From an uncultured delta proteobacterium (GTDB lineage Bacteria; Myxococcota; Myxococcia; SLRQ01), in NCBI GenBank assembly GCA_963727485.1, contig CAVSGM010000003.1, forward strand, positions 64,001 through 128,000: 64,000 bases of DNA. The letters run 5' to 3'. Made by a program: the position numbers and the translations under genes. Shown here in pieces: positions 51,739 to 64,000 of the stretch (its first letter is position 1; each line of letters opens with the position of its first letter). A model generated the notes under the pieces. The model was given only the letters and a program-made list of their open reading frames with translations, was not told where the DNA came from and did not search any database.

Positions 51739-53920
51739 GTGACCAAGGCCGTGGCCGGCGACGTGCTCCTCGAGGTCCTGCGCGCCGAGGGCGTCGCGTC
51801 CGAGGGGGACGCGCGCGCGGTCCTCGAGCGTCACGCGCGCCTCGGGGGCGCCCTGGACACCTGCGCCCTCGAGCTCTCGGTGGTCGACGAGGCGGGGCTG
51901 CTCCCCGCCCTCGGCCGGGCCACCGGGCTCCCGCCGGTGGACGTGGGGCGCCTGCTCCACGCCCGCTCCGAGGCGGTGCAGCGCCTGCCCCGGCCGGTGG
52001 CGGTGCGCTACGGGGTGATGCCCTTCGAGATCGTCGACGGCACGGTGCACCTGGCGGTGAGCCAGCCCCTCGACGACGAGGCCATGGCCGTGATCGAGAG
52101 CCGGCTCCGGGCCACCCCCCGGCTCTTCGTGGCTCCGGAGGTGCGCCTCAAGAGCGCCCTGGCCCTCCACTACCTGGTGCCCCTCTCGCCCAGGCTGGCC
52201 ACCCTGGCCTACGGCCTGGGGGTGCCCCCGGTGCCCGCCACCCGGGACGGCGACGCCGCCGACCCCGAGGCCCCCGTCCCGGCGTCCAGCCCGGCGCCCT
52301 CGCCGCTCGGCGAGGTGCTCACCGCCGCCCGGGACCGGGTCCTCGCCGCCACCGACCGCGACGAGATCGTCGATGCGGTCCTCGGCTTCGGCCGCATGCG
52401 CTTCCCCTGCGTCGCCGCCTTCGCCCTGGTGGCCGGGCGGGTCCAGGGCCACGACATCCGCGCCGACGACCCGGCCGTGGACCGGGACCGGGTCCGGCGG
52501 GTCAAGGTCTCCACCGCCTGGCGCTCGGTGTTCCGCACCGTCCTCGAGACCGGCGGCCACTACCTGGGGCCGGTGCCCCAGACCGAGCTCGACCGGCTCC
52601 TGGTCGCCGACCTCGGCCGGCCCCAGGCCCGGCGCATCCTGGTGGCGCCGGTGTCGGTGCGGGGCCGGCCGGTGCTCATGCTCTACGCCGACGGTGGCGC
52701 CGGCGGCCTCGATCCCGAGGTCGCCGCCGAGTGGCTGCTCCTGGCCTCGGCGATGCCCGCGGCCTTCGAGCGGGTGCTCCTGGCGCGCAAGCACGGGGAC
52801 GCGCCGGCGCCGGCGGTAGTCGACGCGGGAGAAGCGTCGAATCGGGCCCGAGCCGGCTTCCGCCGAGGCGCCGGCCGTCGTGGACTCGGACCTGGAGCTG
52901 GACGTGGCCGTGGAGGTGGACGCGGAGGAAGCGTCGATCGGGCCCGAGCCGGCTTCCGCCGAGGCGCCGCCCCCGCCTGCGGCTCCGCCTCCCGCCCCAT
53001 CCGCAGCTCCCGCTCCCGCCCCAACTCCCGCCCCAACTCCGCCCCCGCCTCCCGCCCCGGCTCCCCCGCCGGACGCCAGCCTCCAGTCCGACGTCGGGCG
53101 GCTGCTCGCCGGCGGGCCCGGCTCCGGCGACGCCCTCGATCGCATCGTCGCTCGCGGCGCCGGGGCCACCGAGCGCCTCGCCCGGCTCTTCCCCGGGCCG
53201 CTGAAGGTCCGGGCCCACAGCGTCGCCGAGATGCCCGACGACCCCTTCGCCCACGGGCCGGTGATCGCCGCCTTCGCCCGCCTGGGGCCGGTGGCCCGCC
53301 CGGTGCTCCTCGACCTCGCCCGGGCCGAAGGCAACCCCGCCCGGCGCCTCTACGCGGTGTGGCTCCTCGGGCGCGTCCCTGGCTCCGAGGCGCTCCCCCT
53401 GCTCACCGAGCGCCTCTTCGACGCCGACCCCATGGTCACCGTCGCCGCCCGGGACGCCCTGCGGGCCCACCAGGGCGTCCCCGGCTTCCCCGACGCGGTG
53501 GCCACCCTCCGCGGCGAGCTCGGGCAGCCGGGCCAGCCCGCCCGCCTCTGCGACGTGATCCGGGCCCTGGCCCACCTCCGGGACCGGACGTCGGTGCCCC
53601 GGCTGGTGGGGCTCCTCGGCCACGGCGACCGGGAGGTCACCCGGGCGGCGGAGCGCGCCTTGAGCGCCATCACCAAGCAGGCCTTCGGGGGCAGCGCCCG
53701 GCGCTGGGAGAAGTGGCTCGCCGCCAGCGGTGAGCGCTCGCGCTTCGAGTGGCTCATCGAGGGGCTCAAGCACAAGGATCGCGGTGTCCGCCTCTCCGCC
53801 GCCGAGGACCTCGAGCGCCTCACCGGCGAGAGCTTCGGCTACTTCTCCGACGCCCCGCCCAAGGAGCGGGCCCAGGCGGTGGAGAAGTGGGAGGCCTGGT
53901 GGCGCGCCCAGGAGGCGTGA
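51739..53920 (+). CDS. GspE/PilB N-terminal-like domain + GAF-like region + HEAT repeats (FrgA-like); apparent frameshift at 52839-52843
   Basis: RLPRPVAVRYGVMPF..LHLAVSQP and C-terminal HEAT repeats; the frames join by removing one A. Confidence 0.6.
52822..52969 (+). repeat. About 51-bp intragenic direct repeat (52822-52873 and 52919-52969)
   Basis: Both copies encode DA(G/E)EASIGPEPASAEAP; copy 1 has GAATC where copy 2 has GATC. Confidence 0.85.
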
Positions 53921-54027
53921 CCGCGGGGCGCTGACGGGCCGCCGCCGCCGGCGCCTTGCCGCCCGTCCCCCGGGTCGATAACATCCGCCGCCCCCGGGCC
54001 CATGGGGCCCTTTCCCAGGGAGCCGCG

Positions 54028-55605
<1,578 letters not shown>

Positions 55606-55639
55606 GGTCCGGGGCGTCTCCGGGTGCGAAAGGCAGGCC

Positions 55640-57172
55640 ATGGCTGACAACAGGCCCTTCAAGAAGATCCTGGTCGCCAACCGCGGCGAGATCGCGGTGC
55701 GGGTGATGCGCACCTGCCGGGAGCTCAAGATCCCCACGGTGGCGGTCTACTCCGACGCCGACCGCGCCGCCCTCCACGTGCGCTACGCCTCCGAGGCGGT
55801 GCGCCTGGGGCCGGCGCCCTCCAACGAGAGCTACCTGCTCATCGACCGGGTGATCGACGCGGCGAAGCAGACCGGCGCCGAGGCCATCCACCCGGGCTAC
55901 GGCTTCCTCTCGGAGAACCCCGCGTTCTCCGAGGCGGTCGCGGCCGCCGGGCTGACCCTCATCGGCCCCTCGGCGGCCTCGATGATCGCCATGGGCGAGA
56001 AGACCCGGGCCCGGCGGGAGATGATCGCCGCCGGGGTCCCGGTGGTCCCCGGCTCCGAGCACGCCATCGCCGACGAGAAGGAGGCCGAGGCCTTCGCCCG
56101 GAAGGTCGGCTACCCCATCATGCTCAAGGCCGCCGCCGGCGGTGGGGGCAAGGGGATGCGCAAGGTCGACGCCGAGCGTGACTTCATGAGCGCCTGGCGC
56201 GCCGCCCGGGGCGAGGCGAAGAGCTCGTTCGGCGACGACTCGGTCTACATCGAGAAGTACCTGGAGAAGCCGCGGCACGTGGAGATCCAGGTGATGGCCG
56301 ACGCCCACGGCAAGGTCGTCCACTTCGACGAGCGCGAGTGCTCGGTGCAGCGCCGGCACCAGAAGGTCATCGAGGAGACCCCGAGCCCCATCGTCGACGC
56401 CGAGATGCGCGCCAAGATGGGCGAGGTCGCCTGCAAGGCCGCCGCGGCGGTGGACTACCGGGGCGCCGGGACCGTGGAGTTCTTGGTCGACGCCCACAAG
56501 AACTTCTACTTCCTGGAGATGAACACCCGCCTCCAGGTCGAGCACCCCATCACCGAGCTCACCCACGACGACGTGGACCTGGTCCGCCACCAGATCGAGG
56601 TCGCCGCCGGCAAGCCCCTGGAGCTGGTGCAGTCGGACATCGTCAGCCGGGGCCACGCCATCGAGGCGCGGATCTACGCCGAGGATCCCGACCGGGGCTA
56701 CGTGCCCACCCCGGGGCGCATCAGCTACCTCCGGCCTCCCGGGGGGCCGGGGATCCGCATCGACGGCGGGGTCTACGGCGGGTTCACCGTGCCCATCTAC
56801 TACGACCCGATGCTCGCCAAGCTCTGCGCCCGGGGGCCCGATCGCGAGACCGCCATCGCCCGCCTCGACCGGGCGCTCTCCGAGTACGTGATCAGCGGGA
56901 TCAAGACCAACATCCCCTGGCTGCGCCGGGTGCTCGCCCACGACATCTTCCAGAGCGGCGACTACGACACCTCCTTCCTCGACAAGGCCGCAGACGACCT
57001 CAAGCCCAGGCCCTCCGCCGAGCTCGAGGAGGTCGCCGTCCTCGCCGGCGGCATCGTCACCCACGACCGCTACCAGCGCCTCGCCGCCCAGGCGGCCACC
57101 AAGGGCGAGGGCGGCAAGCAGGCCGAGAACCCCTGGAAGCTCCAGGGCCGCTTCCGGGTGCTGCGTCGCTGA
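55640..57172 (+). CDS. accC: Biotin carboxylase subunit of acyl-CoA carboxylase
   Basis: ANRGEIA, HPGYGFLSEN, GGGGKGMR and EMNTRLQVEH. Confidence 0.93.
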   Translation: MADNRPFKKILVANRGEIAVRVMRTCRELKIPTVAVYSDADRAALHVRYASEAVRLGPAPSNESYLLIDRVIDAAKQTGAEAIHPGYGFLSENPAFSEAVAAAGLTLIGPSAASMIAMGEKTRARREMIAAGVPVVPGSEHAIADEKEAEAFARKVGYPIMLKAAAGGGGKGMRKVDAERDFMSAWRAARGEAKSSFGDDSVYIEKYLEKPRHVEIQVMADAHGKVVHFDERECSVQRRHQKVIEETPSPIVDAEMRAKMGEVACKAAAAVDYRGAGTVEFLVDAHKNFYFLEMNTRLQVEHPITELTHDDVDLVRHQIEVAAGKPLELVQSDIVSRGHAIEARIYAEDPDRGYVPTPGRISYLRPPGGPGIRIDGGVYGGFTVPIYYDPMLAKLCARGPDRETAIARLDRALSEYVISGIKTNIPWLRRVLAHDIFQSGDYDTSFLDKAADDLKPRPSAELEEVAVLAGGIVTHDRYQRLAAQAATKGEGGKQAENPWKLQGRFRVLRR

Positions 57173-57189
57173 CCTGTTCGGAGCCCACC

Positions 57190-57699
57190 ATGAAGCTCAC
57201 TGCGAAGATCGACGGCGAGACCCGGGACCTGACGGTCACCGACGGCGAGGGCGTGTACACCGTCACCCTCGACGGGGTGACCCACCACGTGGACGCGCGG
57301 CCCATGGAGGGCTCGACCTGGTCGCTGCTCATCGACGGCCACAGCTACGAGGTCGACGTGGTGCCCGATGCCGACACCCCCGACGACCTCTCGGTGCGGC
57401 TGCGGGGCCAGACCTACGAGATGACCGTCCTCGACGAGCGGCGGATGCGCATGCGCGAGGCCACCGGGGCCTTCGCCGTCGAGGGCCGCGCCGTGGTCCG
57501 CTCGCCCATGCCCGGCAAGCTGGTGCGCACGCTGGTCGCCGTCGGCGACGAGGTCGAGGAGCACCAGGGCCTGGTGGTCGTCGAGGCGATGAAGATGGAG
57601 AACGAGCTGCGGGCGCCCAAGGCGGGCACCGTGGTGGAGCTGCCCGCCGAGGACGGGCAGCTCGTCGAGGGCAACGCGGTCCTCGTGGTCATCGAGTAG
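57190..57699 (+). CDS. Biotin carboxyl carrier protein
   Basis: SPMPG and EAMKMENE biotinylation motif. Confidence 0.92.
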   Translation: MKLTAKIDGETRDLTVTDGEGVYTVTLDGVTHHVDARPMEGSTWSLLIDGHSYEVDVVPDADTPDDLSVRLRGQTYEMTVLDERRMRMREATGAFAVEGRAVVRSPMPGKLVRTLVAVGDEVEEHQGLVVVEAMKMENELRAPKAGTVVELPAEDGQLVEGNAVLVVIE

Positions 57700-57756
57700 G
57701 CGGGCGGCGGCCCCCCGGGCACCGGCGCACGTCGGTCGCGCCGCCCTACGCCGGGG

Positions 57757-58101
57757 TCACTTGACCCCGGAGATGCAGCACGCGTTCTTGTTCTGGGCCG
57801 GCACCTTGTTCTTGAGCCAGCACCGGGGCGAGTCGCCCTGGAACCCGGGCTTGACGTAGACCCAGGCGACGCACTGGGCCTCCTTGGCGCAGTCCTGCTG
57901 GCAGAGGGCGGGGTTCGGGGCCGGGAGGTCGAAGTCCTTGTAGTCATCCCCGGGGCGGTCGATGCCCGTCTGCATCGCCGGCGTCGTGGTCGCGGCTGGC
58001 GAGGTGCCGGTCATGGGGCCGGCGGCGATCACGCAGCCCCCGGCGCCGAGGCCGAGGAGCAGGGCAGACGACACGAGGGTGAGCAGAGCAGCAGTGCGCA
58101 T
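57757..58101 (-). CDS. PAN/apple-domain lipoprotein
   Basis: Lipobox AGGC and DRPGDDY...CQQDC...CVAW.Y...CWLK...CCISG. Confidence 0.85.
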   Translation of the reverse strand: MRTAALLTLVSSALLLGLGAGGCVIAAGPMTGTSPAATTTPAMQTGIDRPGDDYKDFDLPAPNPALCQQDCAKEAQCVAWVYVKPGFQGDSPRCWLKNKVPAQNKNACCISGVK

Positions 58102-58231
58102 GGGTTCTCCCGTTTGGACGACGGCGCGGGGGCGCGCCGAGGCGTGCCCCCGGCCCACCCACGCGCAGTCGAGCGAGCATACCGCGACGCCCGCGCCGGC
58201 GCCCTGAAAGCGGCCCGCGCGGCGCGCCTGG

Positions 58232-59383
58232 CTAGGGGCAGTCCGAGAGGGTCGCCGCGTCGCCCTCCACGTTGCCCTGGGCGTCGTTGGTGAAGGTCAC
58301 CGTGGGGCAGCCGGTGAGGTTCGAGCCGCTGCGCAGGCTGATGGCCCAGCCGCTGCTGTCGGAGACGGTGACGTGGTCCATGGTCAGGATCGCGGCGCTC
58401 AGGAGGATCTCGGCGTGGTCGAGGTTGGGCTCGGAGCCGGCGTCGGAGATGGTGGCGTTGTGGATCTCGTTGCCCGCGGACTGCAGCGAGATGCCCTGCC
58501 AGTCGCCGGGGACCCCGTCGGCGCCGGTGATGGTGACCGGGTCGGCGGCGGTGCCGTTGACGATGAAGTGGCAGCCGGCGTCCACGGCGAGGTACTGCTG
58601 GTTGGCCATCTTCACCGTGACCCCGGCGTCGAGGGTGAACGTCGAGTTGGCCCCGACCTCGATCCATGCGGCCACCAGGTAGGGCACGTCGAGCTTGTGC
58701 CAGGTGCTGTCGAGGCCCATGGCGTTGTCGTCGTCGACGCGCAGCTCGTCGTGGGTGTTGCCGGTGAGCTGGTTCGAGGGGTCGATGTGCCCGACGTTCA
58801 CGGGCACCGCCCACCCGGGGAACTTGTTGCCGGTGACCTTCGTGTTCGTCAGGTCGAGCTCGCCGGAGGCGATGAAGCCCGCGGCGGGGCTGCCGGTGAT
58901 GGTGCCGTGGTCCATCTTCACCAGCGAGTTGCCGTAGATCGCGAGGCCGGCGGCGGAGTTCCCGGCGCCGGTCCAGCCGTCCGCCCCACCGTTCTTGATG
59001 GTGACGTACTCGAGATCGTTGTCGGTGGACTTGGAGTCGAAGAAGCCGACGCCCATCCAGTACCCCGGGGTGTTGTCCTTGCCCTGGAGCACGATGGGGT
59101 CGGCGGCGGTGCCCACCGCCTTGAGGTGGGCGTCGGAGTCGATGCGCAGCTCCTTGCCGTTGGCCACCGTGAGGGTCACCCCGGGCTTCAGGGTCAGGGT
59201 GCCGCCGGTGACCTCGAGGTTGTCGGCGGCGGTGTAGCAGCCCTTGGCGAGGGTGACGCCGCCGGAGACGTCGTTGCTGGTGAGGGCCTGGCAGCCGCCG
59301 CCGGGGCCGACGGCGATGGGCCCGCAGGCGGCGAGGGTGAGGGCGAGGAGGGCGAGGAGGGCGGGGCGGGCGTGTCGCTTCAT
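58232..59383 (-). CDS. Right-handed beta-helix repeat lipoprotein
   Basis: Lipobox LAAC and duplicated GTAADP(I/V).....PG.W.G motif. Confidence 0.82.
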   Translation of the reverse strand: MKRHARPALLALLALTLAACGPIAVGPGGGCQALTSNDVSGGVTLAKGCYTAADNLEVTGGTLTLKPGVTLTVANGKELRIDSDAHLKAVGTAADPIVLQGKDNTPGYWMGVGFFDSKSTDNDLEYVTIKNGGADGWTGAGNSAAGLAIYGNSLVKMDHGTITGSPAAGFIASGELDLTNTKVTGNKFPGWAVPVNVGHIDPSNQLTGNTHDELRVDDDNAMGLDSTWHKLDVPYLVAAWIEVGANSTFTLDAGVTVKMANQQYLAVDAGCHFIVNGTAADPVTITGADGVPGDWQGISLQSAGNEIHNATISDAGSEPNLDHAEILLSAAILTMDHVTVSDSSGWAISLRSGSNLTGCPTVTFTNDAQGNVEGDAATLSDCP

Positions 59384-59447
59384 GGCGGAGGGGACCTCGA
59401 TGGAGTGGGGGGATCGGGGCCCGAGCCGATGGACCCCTGCACCTCCG

Positions 59448-59480
59448 ACGTGTACCCGGCGCCCGTCAAGGAAGCGTCAA
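59448..59480 (-). promoter_or_regulatory. Candidate SARP-binding direct repeat and -10 element
   Basis: Minus strand reads TTGACG-CTTCC-TTGACG (11-bp period), then TACACGT after 9 bp. Confidence 0.55.
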
Positions 59481-59644
59481 TCCCCCGGAATCTATCGGCT
59501 TTTGGAGTAGGGGTGGACCCTCGTCGGCGCGCCGCGTAGAAACGGGAAGGGGAAGGACCGAGGGAAACGGGATCGCGCCACCGATCCCAGGGGGAAGCGA
59601 GTGCCGTCCGCCCCCGCTGCGAGGCCCGGGTTCCGCTGCCGCTG

Positions 59645-62600
59645 ATGCTCGAAGACACCGAAGACGCACCTCTCGACCTCCAGCTCCTCGGGCCCCCGGC
59701 CCTGTGCCGCGGTGGTCGGCCCCTGGAGCTGCCCACCCAGAAGGCCCTGGCGGTCGCCTGCGTCCTGGCGGCAAGGCGGGGGCCGGTGTCCCGGGCCGAG
59801 CTCGCCGAGCTCCTCTGGGGCCCGGGCCGCACCCGGAACGTCCGCCAGGCCCTCTACACCCTCCGGCGCCTCCCCGGGGTCGCGGGTCGCCTCGGGGACG
59901 GCGATCCGGTGACCCTCGACGCGGACAGCGACCTCGCTCGTTTCGAGGCCGCCCTCGACGCCGGGGACGCCGCCGCCGCCCTCGACGCCTGGCGCGGCAC
60001 CTTCCTCGATGCCTTCGAGGTCCGGGGGGCCCCGGCCTTTCAGGAGTGGGTCTCGGAGATGCGCACCCGCCTCGAGGGCCGTCACCACGAGGCGGTGCGG
60101 CGGCGCCTCGGCGAGCTCGAGGCCGGCGGGCGCGCCCGGGAGGCTCGACGGCTCGCGGCCGCGCTCCTCGCCGCCGACCCCCTCGACGAGGCCGCCCACC
60201 GCGCCGCCATCCGCCTCGCCTGGATCGACGGCGATCGCGAGGGGGCGCTGGCCGCCTGGGAAACCTGCCGCCACGTCCTCGCCCGGGAGCTCGGGGTGGC
60301 CCCCGACGCCGAGACCAAGGCCCTGGTCCAGGAGCTCCTCCGCACCGGCGACGGGGAGCCGGCCCCCCGTCGCATCCCCCTCGCCGTCCTCCGGCCCCCG
60401 GTCCTCGCCGGCCGCGACGCCGAGCGGGCCCGCCTCGAGGCCGCCTGGGACGCCCGCCGGCCGGTGCTCCTGGTGGGCCCGGGCGGCTCGGGGAAGAGCC
60501 GCCTCGCCGAGGAGGTCGCCCGCAGCCGGGGCACTGTGCTCCGCGCCGGCGGCCGCCCCGGCGACGCCGGCGTCTCCTACCTCGGCCTCGCGCGTCTCCT
60601 CCGCCGCCTCCTCGACCAGGTCCCCGACCTCGAGATCGACCCCTGGATGGCCCCGGAGCTCGCCCGGGTGGTCCCCGACCGTGTCGGGGTCCCCCCCGCC
60701 GAGCGCGACGACCCGGCGAGCCGCGCGCGCTTCGTCCGGGCCCACACCGAGCTCCTCACCCGGGCCGGGACCGCGGTGGACACGGTGGTGGTCGACGACC
60801 TCCACCTCCTCGACGCCCCGAGCTTCGAGCTCGCCCACCGCTTCCTCTCCCAGGGCATGGGAGAGGCCGGCCCGCGCCTGGTGGTCTGCACCCGGGACGA
60901 CGGCCTCGAGGGCGCGGCCCGGGAGGCGCTGGCGGCCCTGGTGGACGAGGGGGCGGTGGAGCGCATCGATCTGGCGCCCCTCACCCCCGCCGGGGTGGCG
61001 GCGCTGGTCGCCGGCCTGGGGATCCCCGACCTGGCGCCGCTGGCCCAAGAGCTCCACCGGCTCACCGGCGGGAGCCCCCTGGAGGTGGTCGAGACCCTCA
61101 AGGACCTCTTCGCCTCCGGCGCCCTCGACGCCCAGGGGACGGGGGACCTGGGCGCGGAGGCCCTGCGCGCCCAGGTCCCGACCGCCTCGGTGGCCCGGCG
61201 CCTGGAGGCCCTCCCGCCCCTGGCCGCCCGGGTGGCCCAGGCCCTGGCCCTGGCCGAGGATCCCCTGGGCGCCGAGGCCCTCGCCCGGGTGGTCGACGCC
61301 GATCCCTTCGAGGTCGCCGGTGCCCTGGACACCCTGGAGGCCGCGTCGGTGATCGAGGACGGAGCCTTCGTCCACGACCTGGTCCGGGAGGCGGTGGAGG
61401 CCCGGGTCGCCCCGGGTACCGCCCGCCTCCTCCACGGACGCCTCGCCGCCGCCCTCGAGGGCGTCGGCGCCAGCCCCGCCACCGTCGCCGGGCACCTCCT
61501 CGCCGCCGGCGATCCCGCCGCGGCGGCGCCCCAGCTCCTCGCCGCCGGGAAGGAGGCCGCCGCCCGCTTCGCCGACGACGAGGCCCGGCGCCTCCTCCAC
61601 CGGGCCCTCGAGGCCCACGACGATCCCCGGCTCCACCTCCAGGTCTGGCTGGCCCTGGAGGCGGTGGCGGCGCGGACCGGCGAGGGCCAGGCCGAGGCCC
61701 TGGCCGCCCTGGCGCGCCTCGCCGAGACGCTCCAGGACGACGTCGCCCTCTACGAGTCCAAGCGCCGGGAGGCCCAGCACCGGGTGGAGCGCGGGGAGCC
61801 GGCCCGGGCGGCGGGGCTCGCCGAGGCGGCCCTGGACATCGCCCGGCGCCTCTCCGACCCGGTGCGCGCCGGCCACGCCCAGGTGGTGCTGGGCCTGGCG
61901 CGGCTGCGCGCCGGCGACCTCGACGGCGCCCGGGGGGCCTTCGCAAAGGCCGCCGACGCCCCCGACGACGGCATCCGCATCCAGGGGCTCAACGGCGTCG
62001 GGGCGGTGGACGGGATCCGCGGCGACCTCGAGCCCGCCTTCGCCCTCCACCAGGAGGCCCTGACCCTCGCCCGGGCCCGGGGGGACGTCACCGCCGCCGG
62101 GCGCCTCCTCAACAGCCTCGCCGCCACCGCCGAGCGCCTCGCCTGGTACGATCGGGCCCGGGACTTCTTCGGCGAGGCCATGGCCCTGGCCCGGCGGACC
62201 CGGGACCCGCGCAGCGAGGCCATCGCCTGCCTCAACGCCGTGGAGATCGACCTGCGCCTCGGGCGTTTCGCCGACGGCCTCGCCCACCTCGACACCGGCG
62301 AGGACCTGGCCCGGGGGCTCTCGGTGCCCCGGCTGGTGGCCCTGGGGGCGGTGCGGCGGGGCACCCTGGAGCGGGCGGTGGGGCGGCCGGAGGCGGCCGT
62401 GGCCCACCTCGAGGCCGCCCGGGCCGCCTACCTCGACGCCGAGGACGCCCGGAACGCCGCGGTCCTCGCCTTCAACGTCGCCCTCGCCCGGGCCGAGGCC
62501 GGGGTGTCCGGGGCCCTCCGGTCGGCGGTGGCCGCGGTCGGGGACATCGAGGCCGCGGGGGTCCAGGACATCGCCGCCTGGGCCTGGCTGGAGCTGGCCC

Positions 62601-62980
62601 TGGTCACCGGCGATCCCGGCGAGGCCCGGGTCTTCGCCGCCCGGGGCCCGAAGGCCAAGGACAACCCCCACGTGCGCCTCCTCGCCGCCCTCGCCCGGCA
62701 GCGGGCGGCGCTCCTCGAGGGGCGGGGAACGCTGGAGCCGGACCTGGCGGGGCTCGCCACCCGGCTCCCGGTGTGGGAGGCGGCCTGGGCCGAGGCGCTC
62801 CTCGCCCGGGCGAGCACCGGGGACGCGGCGCGGCGCCACGCCCGCACGGCCCGGGACCAGGTCGCGGCCCAGGCCGAGGGGCTCCCCGAGGACCTGGCGG
62901 CGGCGCTCCAGGGGCGGCTGTCCCAGTGGCTCGCCGACGAGGCGCAGGCGGTGGATCTGGCCGCGGTTGCCGACGTTTGA
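59645..62980 (+). CDS. SARP-family regulator: wHTH/BTAD + AAA ATPase + TPR
   Basis: [59 protein letters not shown] and C-terminal TPRs. Confidence 0.9.
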   Translation: MLEDTEDAPLDLQLLGPPALCRGGRPLELPTQKALAVACVLAARRGPVSRAELAELLWGPGRTRNVRQALYTLRRLPGVAGRLGDGDPVTLDADSDLARFEAALDAGDAAAALDAWRGTFLDAFEVRGAPAFQEWVSEMRTRLEGRHHEAVRRRLGELEAGGRAREARRLAAALLAADPLDEAAHRAAIRLAWIDGDREGALAAWETCRHVLARELGVAPDAETKALVQELLRTGDGEPAPRRIPLAVLRPPVLAGRDAERARLEAAWDARRPVLLVGPGGSGKSRLAEEVARSRGTVLRAGGRPGDAGVSYLGLARLLRRLLDQVPDLEIDPWMAPELARVVPDRVGVPPAERDDPASRARFVRAHTELLTRAGTAVDTVVVDDLHLLDAPSFELAHRFLSQGMGEAGPRLVVCTRDDGLEGAAREALAALVDEGAVERIDLAPLTPAGVAALVAGLGIPDLAPLAQELHRLTGGSPLEVVETLKDLFASGALDAQGTGDLGAEALRAQVPTASVARRLEALPPLAARVAQALALAEDPLGAEALARVVDADPFEVAGALDTLEAASVIEDGAFVHDLVREAVEARVAPGTARLLHGRLAAALEGVGASPATVAGHLLAAGDPAAAAPQLLAAGKEAAARFADDEARRLLHRALEAHDDPRLHLQVWLALEAVAARTGEGQAEALAALARLAETLQDDVALYESKRREAQHRVERGEPARAAGLAEAALDIARRLSDPVRAGHAQVVLGLARLRAGDLDGARGAFAKAADAPDDGIRIQGLNGVGAVDGIRGDLEPAFALHQEALTLARARGDVTAAGRLLNSLAATAERLAWYDRARDFFGEAMALARRTRDPRSEAIACLNAVEIDLRLGRFADGLAHLDTGEDLARGLSVPRLVALGAVRRGTLERAVGRPEAAVAHLEAARAAYLDAEDARNAAVLAFNVALARAEAGVSGALRSAVAAVGDIEAAGVQDIAAWAWLELALVTGDPGEARVFAARGPKAKDNPHVRLLAALARQRAALLEGRGTLEPDLAGLATRLPVWEAAWAEALLARASTGDAARRHARTARDQVAAQAEGLPEDLAAALQGRLSQWLADEAQAVDLAAVADV

Positions 62981-63033
62981 CCATCCCGCGGGGCGACCGT
63001 AGAGTCACGGCCGCAGCAGGCGAGGAGGCGCCC

Positions 63034-64000
63034 ATGGCACGCGACGACAGCACCAAGGAGACGGGCTCCCTCGAGGCCCTGGCCGCCGAGGCCGAGCGCT
63101 GGCGGGAGGAGACCTTCGAGCCCGCCACCGGCAAGCACCCCGAGCGGCGGGCGCGCTTCGAGACCCCCTCGGGCCTGGAGCTGGAGCCCACCTACACCGC
63201 CGCCGACTGGCCGCCGTCCCAGTGGGTGGAGCGCCTGGGCTTCCCCGGCGAGTACCCCTTCACCCGGGGCGTCCAGCCCACCATGTACCGGGGCCGCCAC
63301 TGGACCATGCGCCAGTACGCCGGCTTCGGCACCGCCGAGGAGTCCAACGCCCGGTACCGCTACCTGCTCTCGCAAGGGACCACCGGCCTCTCGGTGGCCT
63401 TCGATCTGCCCACCCAGATGGGCCGCGACTCGGACCACGCGCGCGCCCAGGGCGAGGTGGGCCGGGTGGGCGTGGCCATCGACACCGCCGACGACATGGC
63501 GACCCTGATGGACGGCATCCCCCTGGGCGAGGTGTCGACGTCGATGACCATCAACGCCACCGCGGCGATCCTCCTCGCCCTCTACCAGGTGCAGGGCAGG
63601 CGCACCGGCGTGGGCCCCGACCAGCTCCGGGGCACCATCCAGAACGACGTGCTCAAGGAGTACATGGCCCGGGGCACCTACATCTACCCGCCGGCGCCGG
63701 CGCTGCGGATCATCACCGACATCTTCGCCTACGCGACCAAGACCCTGCCGAAGTTCAACACCATCTCCATCAGCGGCTACCACATCCGCGAGGCGGGCTC
63801 GACGGCGGTGCAGGAGGTGGCCTTCACCCTGGCCGACGGGATCGCCTACGTGGACGCCGCCCTGCGCGCGGGCCTCGAGGTGGACGCGTTCGCAGGAAGG
63901 CTCTCGTTCTTCTTCAACGTCCACAACCACTTCCTCGAGGAGATCGCCAAGTTCCGGGCGGCCCGGAGGCTGTGGGCGCGGATCATGAAAGACCGGTTCA
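63034..64000 (+). CDS. Methylmalonyl-CoA mutase, substrate-binding subunit (truncated by window end)
   Basis: RBS GAGGAGG; my translation gives [39 protein letters not shown] and [11 protein letters not shown]. Confidence 0.95.
   Translation, partial: MARDDSTKETGSLEALAAEAERWREETFEPATGKHPERRARFETPSGLELEPTYTAADWPPSQWVERLGFPGEYPFTRGVQPTMYRGRHWTMRQYAGFGTAEESNARYRYLLSQGTTGLSVAFDLPTQMGRDSDHARAQGEVGRVGVAIDTADDMATLMDGIPLGEVSTSMTINATAAILLALYQVQGRRTGVGPDQLRGTIQNDVLKEYMARGTYIYPPAPALRIITDIFAYATKTLPKFNTISISGYHIREAGSTAVQEVAFTLADGIAYVDAALRAGLEVDAFAGRLSFFFNVHNHFLEEIAKFRAARRLWARIMKDRF

Overview
Very GC-rich bacterial chromosomal segment, probably Myxococcota-like (inferred from a TIGR02266-type PilZ protein, a STAUR_1299-like protein, a GspE-N/HEAT protein and many Cys-rich lipoproteins). 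It holds about 45 genes. I found no rRNA, tRNA, CRISPR array, transposase or integrase. Housekeeping genes include dapE-like, glpK, radA, kup, moaC, trxB, radC, recQ, ssb, pccB/accC/BCCP and methylmalonyl-CoA mutase. The accessory highlights are as follows. (1) 32361-40174 is a candidate complete trans-envelope electron conduit: a cNMP-binding protein, a membrane-anchored ferredoxin/FAD/NADPH oxidoreductase fused to a bis-heme-b membrane domain, a 30-heme c-type cytochrome, an 8-heme lipoprotein and a beta-barrel ending in Phe. (2) 11206-24450 holds four tandem paralogous lipoproteins of about 1070-1090 aa, each with six Ig-like domains and a MIDAS vWA head; three share an upstream motif at fixed spacing. 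(3) An arsR gene precedes an ArsC-VOC fusion whose ArsI-like domain lacks the Cys-Cys pair. (4) A SARP/AAA/TPR regulator island with an 11-bp-periodic direct repeat splits the propionyl-CoA genes. I found ten apparent frameshifts, probably sequencing errors. Six of them are GATC read as GATTC or GAATC, which hints at DNA modification at GATC. All family assignments come from motif recognition by eye; no database searches were run.
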